Below, in pieces: positions 55,012 through 64,000 of a DNA stretch of 64,000 bases (within the stretch, counting starts at the first letter, position 1; each line of letters opens with the position of its first letter). The position numbers and the translations under genes are program-made. Location: NCBI RefSeq assembly GCF_037042905.1, contig NC_087245.1, positions 16,060,001 to 16,124,000 on the forward strand, in the 5' to 3' direction. The notes under the pieces were generated by a model. It saw only the letters and a list, made by a program, of their open reading frames with translations. It did not search any database and had not been told where the DNA came from. Origin of the DNA: Lytechinus pictus. Its lineage: Eukaryota.

Positions 55012-55841
55012 TCCTGTTTACCGCGTACCCAAAGGTCAAAGGTCATGATTGACCGGAAGGTGGGGTCACGGGGTCAACAGTGACCGGAAGTTGGGGTCAA
55101 AGGTCATGCGGTCAAAGGTCAAAGGTCAAAGGTCAATTAGGTATGAGGTCTCTCCCATAACTACTAATATATATACATATTTAAATTACAACAACAATCT
55201 TAGATTTTTTCATAATCATATAGGAAACTTTCTTAATTATACTATAAAAAGAATAATAAATCAGATTGTATTCAATAATATATACACACTTCTTTTGCTT
55301 CCGACATGATAATGTAAATAATTAATTCAAAAGTTATGGCATTTTCGGATCTCCATGCATTAAACAACAAATGTTTTAACCATTTCAGTGTGTCTCATAG
55401 AAAGGGAATCTTGCGTAGGTGTCTCCCGGGCTCTAAGAAATACTTCTTAACGTTGTTATGTTAGAAATAAGATATTATTTACACACATATAACGATAACG
55501 GACAAAATAACAAACTATTACTTTAGTGCTGGATAGTAATAATGATAATGATAATAACAAGATATAATTATAATCAACTACAAGAAAAAAATGGTAATAT
55601 GCTGTTACGGGGGGGGGGGGGTCGTTAATCAAGAGAGCAGGTTTAACTGGTAAAAAAATCACGGAGAAACCAGTAATAAATTTCTACAATGAGTGTTATG
55701 ATGATTAGATCTTGTCAAGATTGGGGGTAATTAATAAGCGTAAGTTTTACGTTGCCCAATCCAGATGAATGAGTTTAATTCAAGACAATATTAGATACAC
55801 AAGAGCTAAGGAACGGTAATCTCGTGTAATGTCTTGTCGAG

Positions 55842-56888
55842 TTAAATGTTAGTCATCGTCTCACGCCTCTCAGCGTTATCATCCCCGCTTTCGTTTTGAT
55901 CAAATATCGGCGAAGAGGTGCTTGCGATATTACAGTTAAAAACTTGCTTAAGGGCGGAGCGGAATTCCGGAAACCAGGCAACATATATGATAGGGTTGAG
56001 GCAGGAGTTATACGCCGTTAGAACAATTACGAACGTGTGGAAGGTACTGCCAATGAAGGTTGGCGGAATCGCCCCTACTGAATAAAGGAAAAAGACGATT
56101 TGTCCTGGTCCCCAACAGATGATGTACACCAGGATAACAATCAACATCAGTTGTAGGACACGGTTACGAGCTTTGACGTGGAAGGAAACACCCTTCTTGG
56201 GACCGTAACGAGCCGAACGAAGATGGAGACTTCTCGCAATGAGAATCTGAGTAGTGAGCATAACGACAGTGGGTAGGATAAGACGGTAAATCAAATAAAA
56301 CACTCCTGTTACAACCTGACTCCCTGTGGATGCATAGTCAAGAATGCACTTGTGAGATCCAGGATCCACTGTTACAACGGTCATGACGAATATGAAGTAA
56401 ACACTGAACGTACTGAACCAGATGAACACCAGGATGGCTGGGAGGAGTCCTCTACGAGTTACAAGACGACCGTAGACTAACGGGTAAACAACCGCCATGT
56501 ACCGTTCAATAGATATGGCCATCAGGATATAGATAGATGAAGTGAAGCATACAAACAGGAACAGTCCAGGCAACACCATCTTGCAATAGATCTCTCCCAT
56601 TATGGAGGACGGAACCGTTTTTGCTCCGGGCAAAGGGATAATGAATATGGATGTCAGAAAATCGGCTAAGGCCAAGGCACCAATCAGCCTGTCGGTAGAA
56701 CGAGTGGATGCTCGCCGTTTCCAGAGAGCGAGCAAGACGAGCAAGTTCCCGATGATACCCAGAACAGCAGAAATAAGGTGCATCATGTCAGACCATGTCG
56801 ACAAGAATGGCTTCCAGGACCATCCTACATCAGTAGCCATATCAACATTCGTTATCATGACTGCAGTATCCGTAGCGTTTGACGACAT
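55842..56888 (-). CDS. Intronless rhodopsin-family (class A) GPCR, 348 aa
   Basis: Seven hydrophobic segments; GN in TM1, LALAD, ERY, CWGP and NPIIY motifs; extracellular Cys pair; N-terminal NAT sequon. Confidence 0.95.
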   Translation of the reverse strand: MSSNATDTAVMITNVDMATDVGWSWKPFLSTWSDMMHLISAVLGIIGNLLVLLALWKRRASTRSTDRLIGALALADFLTSIFIIPLPGAKTVPSSIMGEIYCKMVLPGLFLFVCFTSSIYILMAISIERYMAVVYPLVYGRLVTRRGLLPAILVFIWFSTFSVYFIFVMTVVTVDPGSHKCILDYASTGSQVVTGVFYLIYRLILPTVVMLTTQILIARSLHLRSARYGPKKGVSFHVKARNRVLQLMLIVILVYIICWGPGQIVFFLYSVGAIPPTFIGSTFHTFVIVLTAYNSCLNPIIYVAWFPEFRSALKQVFNCNIASTSSPIFDQNESGDDNAERRETMTNI

Positions 56889-58895
56889 TCTCAGAAAGTG
56901 TTGTGTTCGACTGATGTCCTGATGTACCTTTTAACCAAACAAAGTTATAATAATTCTGTCTCCTCGTTATATACAACATAAAATGTGAAGGTATCACCAG
57001 TAAGATTTTGTATGATTGAGCACTTAATTAAAGGCATTCAGATTTGTCTAAAAACAATCTGTTGAGCTCAGGTGAGAGTATATTGTAGGAACTGTCATAT
57101 TATACACAGTCGTTGTAATCGTGTTGAATAAAGCTAACTCATCTAAAGTGCGTTTGTTCGGATGCGACATAATTTTCCCGACGCTGTAAAGTGAGGATCC
57201 GATTTTAGAAAGTCTTCTTTCATAAAGGAAGATGAATAGCGTTCAAGTGATGCAAGGTCGATTGTTTCATCCTATTTGCATGAATGACATTGAAAACAAA
57301 TGGGAAAGGGTGACAATCACCATGATCAACGAATCATTTGGCAGGCCAGCTATATGCTAAATAGGCCTATATTCTGTTCATTGGTTTCAAAGATTTTGAA
57401 ATGCATAATTAATAAAAAGGCTAGAAGCATGACATTCATATCAGTTTTAACTATTCAGGATAATACGGACAAGTTACTTCCGTGCGAGTGCGTTGGGAGC
57501 GTTCGCCGAAATATAAGGAGGCGTGTGGGTAAAGGCATATGAGTTTGGGGTATGTGTGTGTGGGGGTGTAGGTGGGTATGCGTGTATGGAGGTGCACACG
57601 TACATGTTTGAGTTGAACATGAGGGAAGGAGTTCGAAAAGGAAGCTGCAAAATTTCTGTTTCGTTATGCTTTATGATATTAAGTGTGCCTAATGATAGGT
57701 CTAAATCAATTGCAAAGGTGAAATCACTTTTAATAAGCTTTTGAAAAATGCATTTTTTTATATGCATTCTTTTAAAATGCATTTATGAACCAGCTGCTCA
57801 CATGTGACGTCACAGAATGAAAAATTGTAGAAATTCATTACTTATTCTTGTTAAGATCGGGTCAATCTTTCAAACAATAGTGGCGGTGATCTATCTTTAA
57901 AAATATGTTTATCTGCACAAAATAAATCCTACAATTCCATATAGTATGTTCTAATGTTCTAATCACATTATCTATTGGCAGGTGAACATTATTCTTTTTC
58001 TCTCTTTTTTTCTTTTATCATTGCATTTTGCAACGCCTTGGGCTTTTAATGAAAGTGAAAAAAATGATACAACGCGGTGTAATATCTCTGTTATTACTTT
58101 TTTCGTGGTCATAGGCATTTAGGTGTTCAAAAAAGGACGATTATGATTGTATGACAAGATAAATCAGTCAGAGAAGTTAGATTGATTCATGTGGAGAACT
58201 TTCTTTTGTAAAAGTTTATTTCTATTTATCATGCTTGCATAAATATAAAATTGGGTGACCATCTATAGTGTGAACCCCTCCCCTCTTTCACATACACACA
58301 CACTCACCCACACATTCACTCACTGACAGCAAATGCGTACAGTATGCTGCGGATTTTATTACTTTAATTACCATCTGAGTTTCAAGTATATCATGTTAAA
58401 GTTGTTACCAGAAGTAGTAATAGTGTTTGAAGATTTTTCCGGAGATATACTGTCCGTTTCAAAACGGTTCGAGGTAGAAATAACAATTAACTTTCGAAAT
58501 AAATCTATTATGATCGACCTATTTTTCCTCTGTTGAACAAAATTTCAATGAGGGAAATATTAATTGCGTTAGCTGCTGGGAATTATCCTTGAAATGATCT
58601 CTCAAAACAGTGTGCGGGAATCGATAAATCCATAATCATCATCCCACACCAAGAAAGATTAGTGACATGTAAAAGATAATATTGCCATCCTCTGAATGAT
58701 CAGGGCATCTTATCGGTCATTTTGATAATTATTACTTAGTAAGCATCGTAACTCCCATTAGCTATATCGTGCTTAACACGACATTGCCGTTTCCAACTTG
58801 TTCCTACGTGCTACATAGTGACCTATCTAATTACAGATTAAACTTACATCCGTCAGCATCTGATGCTTGAGCAATCATCTTTGCATCTCACAGCG

Positions 58896-58919
58896 ATGTC
58901 TCCTGTCACTCCCCAATCC
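58896..58919 (+). CDS. CTL-CTL-PAN secreted protein, coding exon 1 (MSPVTPQS)
   Basis: ATG, 8 codons, GTGAGT donor in phase 0. Confidence 0.55.
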
Positions 58920-60026
58920 GTGAGTTTACTTCGTTCATTTACTGTCAGCTTTATTGGATTTGTATTTATTTGGGGCACGTTTCATCTTTGTAAATAGCAG
59001 AGCATTTGTATCATAAATTTATCAGGTCATCATGATCACGATTCTGGTACAATTGAAGAATTATTATCGGGAATATTTCCACCTTCGTTATTATTATCTA
59101 CGAATCAGGTTAGCCCATCGGTAATGAGGAATTATACACATTTTTGATATTTTAGCCAAACTCGATATCGTACAATTATACGCAAGTCTACTAGGTATTG
59201 CAGTCTGTTTGCAGACATGTCCTTTAGTCATGCCTTTGTCAATACTCGTATGCCATTAAATCATGTCGTTTTTATCAAGACGTAAATTCATGCGCAAGTC
59301 ATTTTTTTTTGTGAAAGTACTGTGGTTCGTCCAAATACGGAAAGTGATCTTAATAAATGAAATACAGGCGATCACTGTAGTTTAACATAATTCAAATGTC
59401 GTTTTGGGGTAACGTCAGCAACCAATGTTCAGGAGATCTAAAAAGACACGTGTATCTGGGACTGTCTTAATAGAAATTTAAACCTTTTACCTTAAATCAT
59501 TTGTGTGCATGGGCAAGATGACTTTGCATGTTCTGTCATGTTTGTAGAAATCTGTTCCATCAGATACGTTTCTCAAGTAGGTTTAGGACCAAAGTACAGA
59601 ATAACTAAATCTGTAAACGTCCTAATTGTGTCTATTTCCTTTGACACACCGAGTGCCTAGGCTGTGCGCCTATAGGCACCCTGTGGTGGTTTTAGTTGTG
59701 CAGAGAAGTCAAATACTTTGATCATGTTGAAGAAAATTGAAACCTTTTAAGGTATAAAGGAGGAAAGAGTAGAAATAAACTAGACCAAATGAAAAAGAGA
59801 GACATAGAGAAAGAGATGAAAAGAGGCAAAGAATGAAATAGGAAAGATCTAGAATTTCCGACTCCTGACTGCTGTAACATGAACCAACCGCCAAAAATAA
59901 TTGGAAAGATGAATAAGTTTATTGTCTGTGAAGAAACTAGATTGTTCAACGAGGACTACTGAGATTGGGGAATTTGCAAGCACCAAAATTATCCGTCTAT
60001 TTTTTTCCCTTTCCTGTTCATTGTAG

Positions 60027-60093
60027 TTTCTGGGAATCTATCTTCATTTACTGCTAATCGGATATTACTTATCGAAGCATGTTGAGGCATCTG
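60027..60093 (+). CDS. CTL-CTL-PAN protein, exon 2 (FLGIYLHLLLIGYYLSKHVEAS, signal peptide)
   Basis: Pyrimidine tract plus TAG acceptor; GTATGT donor in phase 1; VEA cleavage-like motif. Confidence 0.75.
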
Positions 60094-60598
60094 GTATGTA
60101 TAACTATTTTACACGGTGGCATATAAGCCAACGAACATTACTAACTAGTGGAAAAAGTTAAGTAGCAAAGAAAACTAAATCTCTTTCGGCGGTATCAAGA
60201 ACTGTTGATCGACTGTCCCTAAGTAGTCTGCTGGGCAAACCCTTCACTCGAGTTCAGGGTCTGAATGTGCAGCCTACTAATGCCTGTGTACTGAAGGCTC
60301 TCTCGCTGTATTGGAACAGCACGTTTTGTTTTGTATGTGCTAGTCTTTGTGTGGAGGCACACTTGTTGATCAAAGTTCCAATGAGGGTCTGTGCCTGCAG
60401 ACTAGTCCCGAAGCACTGAGTAAATAAGGCATATCTCTATCAGATATCAAGTCATGTTTGACACACCTGAGCCTGTGAGCCATCATAATCATAGCAAATC
60501 CATGTATCAGCAACCGCTCTTAGAACTATATAGATTAAACCGTTTCAAACGAACGTATTTCCAATCAAAATCTTCATTTTCCTCACTCCACACGCCAG

Positions 60599-61003
60599 CT
60601 TGTCCCTCTGGTTTCATTCAACTCAATGCCACCTGCTACTACTTCAGCCAAAGACCTGCGACTCGAGGGACTGCGCAAGACCTCTGCTCATCCGTTGGCG
60701 CAACCCTTGCATCACCGTCTACTGCCGAGGAAGAGGCCATCCTGGTCGGGTACCTGAACTCTTTAGGCGGAGGCTTCAATTACTGGATCGGCATTACACA
60801 ACATAATGCTCTGCACTTTGAGTGGGCGGACGGGTCACCACTGGATGATAGTTTCTGGGGAACAGCGGTTGATCCACACGATGAGAGGACAAACTGTATC
60901 AGGATGGATGCTACGCTTGGTTTCGGCTGGTACGACAAAAGCTGCGGATCAGGATATTACAATTTCATATGTGAGACTCCATTCGAGAATGCACAAGATG
61001 GAG
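60599..61003 (+). CDS. C-type lectin domain 1 exon
   Basis: CPSGF...CYYF...AQDLC...WIGI...WADGS...C...WYDKSC...FICE; phase-1 acceptor; weak donor GAG|GTCTGT, otherwise stop at 61011. Confidence 0.88.
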
Positions 61004-61447
61004 GTCTGTAACTTGGTCGTTATTTTGTAATTTTTCCCACTTTTTATTGCCATGGATGATGTTGTTGTGTGTGGGTATGTATGTGCGCTTGATTCTAGAA
61101 TGTTATTGTTTCGAATTATTTTCACAAACGCTTCGATAAATTCTTTAATGTCTTTAGTAAATCTTAAAGAAAATATAATAATCATGCAATGCAAAAGTCC
61201 ACGTCATTACGTGTTTATTCTGAATACTATCAATCTGTTGTTGCCCCCTCCCCCCCCCAAAAAAAAAAAAATCATATGACCAACGAAAAAACAAACGAAC
61301 CAACACAAAAAATACGGTTAAATATGATATAATTATCTCTGTGTCTTTTTTAAATAAATCAAGGCTTTCCTAATGTTCCTGATCTTTTTTTTTTAAGTGA
61401 GGTAAAACGAGGCAATATTGTGTCCAATCTTTATCAATTTGGTCCAG

Positions 61448-61636
61448 ATTGTTCAAACTTGTTCCCGCTTGGGCCAGTGCAGTTCGGCGATTCGTGTTAC
61501 TTTGTATGGAACCAGGCGTCAAAGCCTGAGACATACCAAGACACACAAACAATGTGCAGTAATATTGGCACACACATGTTGACATTGAACACTGAAGCTG
61601 AAAGATTGTTCATCGTAGAACAAGTCAAAGCACAAA
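61448..61636 (+). CDS. C-type lectin domain 2, N-terminal exon
   Basis: CAG acceptor in phase 1; FGDSCYFV...TMCSNIGTHMLTLNTEAE; GTAAGG donor in phase 1. Confidence 0.85.
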
Positions 61637-62249
61637 GTAAGGTACCATTCATTTTCTCCTTTTAATTGTGCCTGTATAGGCATATTGTTCATTATATTAA
61701 ATTACACCAGTTAACTTTACATGATTTACAGTCTACTATACTTGTATTTTCCTTTGATTCCTGAAAATATATCATAACTAAGAACGAAATCTCTTAAAAA
61801 AACTTTCCCACATGCTCAGTGCAATTATGTTATCATCATAGTACTGCTAGATTTTAAAGTTTATAGATTTTCCGTAGCTTGTTGTTATCAAAGTAATGCG
61901 AGAAGAAGTCAATTTAACCGCCAAAAAGCAAGACGTTCTTAATCTCGATTTGCGTAAATTGAATTCATTGTATGTTTGAATAATAGTTCCTTGATGTTAC
62001 TGAATGTTTGAATAACGGTTAAAATAAATTTATGTATGAATTACTAGTTCGTTTAATGGGTAACTTCGCCATGCGGCTGTGGCTATTACAGATATTTTAT
62101 TTTGATTGGATGTAATTGATTGCTAGGTCATGAGGTGCTGATTATTTATCTGTCAATATCGATGGGATTACATATGAATTTAAAGATTAAAGACCTGTAT
62201 CAATCTATTACCATTCACCTTAAACTGACCGTTTTTTTTTCATTTCAAG

Positions 62250-62456
62250 ATTATACTGCTATCTGGTTGGGTTTGGTGCAACCTGACTACGGAAATTACA
62301 AGTGGATGGACGGCGAAGATTTCAACTACACCAATTATGTCCCTTCGCCTTTTTACGATGGATCGGATTGTTTTAGGATGAATGCTGCAGATGGATATAA
62401 GTGGACAGATGATCTTTGCACAAGCAAAAATCACTTCATATGTGAAAAAGAGATAG
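62250..62456 (+). CDS. C-type lectin domain 2, C-terminal exon
   Basis: T-tract plus AAG acceptor; IWLGL...WMDGE...CFRM...WTDDLC...FICE; GTACAT donor in phase 1. Confidence 0.88.
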
Positions 62457-62749
62457 GTACATTTATATATACCCAGGACAATCTTCACCTATAACATGTC
62501 TAAAGATATTGCAATAAGATAACAATTGTGTCTTTATGCAAACTATCTTAGTTTATTCAGTGGTGGTATTGAATAAAAATTGTATAATTATATTTAGCAA
62601 TAAATTATGTTAGAATCTCCATGGCGCACCACAGTTATGAAAAATCGAAATCACGTAGTCCAACATCGGGATTGTTTATTAAGTGGGCAAATTAAAATTA
62701 TTTTAGTGAAAAGAATATCGAATGAATACATAATAAATGTTCATATAAT

Positions 62750-63334
62750 TAGACAGGGTGGTTCACGAATCACGACTCTCGTCTGATTTCGTGATCAATA
62801 AAATATGCAATACGATCTTTTGACCCCTATGACTTTTTGCCCCATCATCCTCAACAACACACATGTGGTATTATCCAAGGGTCATTTCTACCAATTGTGA
62901 AAAAACTGATGCAGAAATAAATAAATGAGAGCAATTTCAACAAAGATTTTACCTTTTTTTAAACCTTACATGACCTTTGACCCCATAATCCTCATGAACA
63001 CACATGTGGTATTACCCAAGGATCATTTTAACCAGGTGTGATCAAAATTGATGCAGAAATAAAGAAATGAGAGCAAGTTGAACAAAAACTTTTAAAATAG
63101 GATGAACATAACCTCATATCATTCAAACGTTTGACCCCTATATTGACCTTTGACCCCATTATTCTCATAGGGTCACATGTATTACCCAAAGATCATTTGT
63201 ACCAAGTCTGAACAAAATTGCAGAAATAAAGAAATCAGAGCAGGTTGAAAAAAACGTTAAATTTTTCAAACAGACCTACATGAAAAGTGATATACAGTAG
63301 GCCTCTGCCGAACTTCGTTTAGGCGAGACAAAAA
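62750..63334. mobile_element. Probable Helentron-associated (HINE/DINE-1-like) non-autonomous element
   Basis: Subterminal inverted motif TCTCGTCT / AGGCGAGA, short 3' hairpin then an A-run, three ~150-175-bp internal units with TGACCTTTGACCCC. Confidence 0.5.
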
Positions 63335-63447
63335 GTAGATGCTTGACAATTGAATCCACAAATGCCATCCAATAACGAATATGCTATGATGTAAATTTTA
63401 AAACTGTTTGCATGGCGCCTTTGCTTGAAACTATTGTTTACCCACAG

Positions 63448-63708
63448 GCGTTACGCTCGAAGAGGAAATAAAGATAAGATCATTTATTGTCGGGAGAAAA
63501 GGCAACGTCCCAATTGCTCAAAACATTTTTTCCAATGAATTTTCGTCGAACCTAATGAGATGCGGCTCTTCGTGCATCTCCAATTCGAGTTGTTCAACCT
63601 TTGCTTACAAGGAGAAGACACGGGAGTGTATTCTTGCTAACCCATTGAACCAAGTGGATAGTTCTGATGACTCTGATGTGTACTTTCTTAAAGTGAATAC
63701 ACCAGAAG
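63448..63708 (+). CDS. PAN/Apple domain exon of the C-type lectin gene (not in ORF track)
   Basis: CACAG acceptor, 261-nt open phase 1-1 exon encoding NLMRCGSSCISNSSCSTFAYKEKTRECIL, GTGAGT donor. Confidence 0.85.
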
Positions 63709-64000
63709 GTGAGTAAAATATTTGTAATACAAACAGAGGTTTAATTTGAATCATTTGAAAAGAAATAATAATGGAAAATGGGCTTGCTATGTAAACTTAT
63801 TTGAAAGTAGAGTACAAATAATGAAAAGTTTATAGGGCTATATCCTATACTTAAGGCACCCGCAGGTTTCCAAACTGTATCAAATTACTCGCAGAACAGT
63901 AAGGTTATTTTGCCGACGACATTTATTGGTTCAAATATAAGACAAATACTTTCTTTCTGTTTTTGTTTTCTATGTACTTACTACCGCGCATATGGAAGCT

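Larger units (their letters stand above)
50040..55165. mobile_element. Fully palindromic non-autonomous Polinton/Maverick-derived element
   Basis: Termini AGTAGTTATGGGAGA / TCTCCCATAACTACT; AATATA at 50034-39 and 55166-71; arms 50040-52539 and 52540-55165 are near-perfect reverse complements with no spacer. Confidence 0.88.

Noticed and set aside
50040..55165. Assembly or fold-back read artefact
   Set aside because: Distinct flanks, an exact 6-bp TSD at element-type termini and arm-specific repeat counts argue against it; read-level confirmation is still needed.
60454..60598. N-terminal extension of the 185-aa lectin ORF
   Set aside because: Probably intronic; an acceptor at 60598 joins a proper signal-peptide exon instead.

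Overview
AT-rich, intron-containing animal DNA, dominated by non-autonomous DNA transposons and LINE/SINE remnants. The repeat and gene content looks like a marine invertebrate, possibly a sea urchin (inference only). Three host genes can be assembled by eye: (1) a 5-exon, 251-aa secreted protein with signal peptide, Ly6/uPAR three-finger domain, Thr-rich linker and PAN/Apple domain (22776-34433, +); (2) an intronless class A GPCR (55842-56888, -); (3) a secreted C-type lectin/C-type lectin/PAN gene (58896-63708, +) whose last exon ends in a donor, so it is incomplete here. The standout is a 5,126-bp spacer-less palindrome (50040-55165). It has Polinton/Maverick-type AGTAGT...ACTACT ends, a 6-bp target-site duplication (AATATA), two identical divergent C2H2 zinc-finger ORFs and a central inverted 10-mer array. 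I interpret it as an integrated snap-back (fold-back) defective Polinton. All calls were made by reading the sequence; no searches were run.
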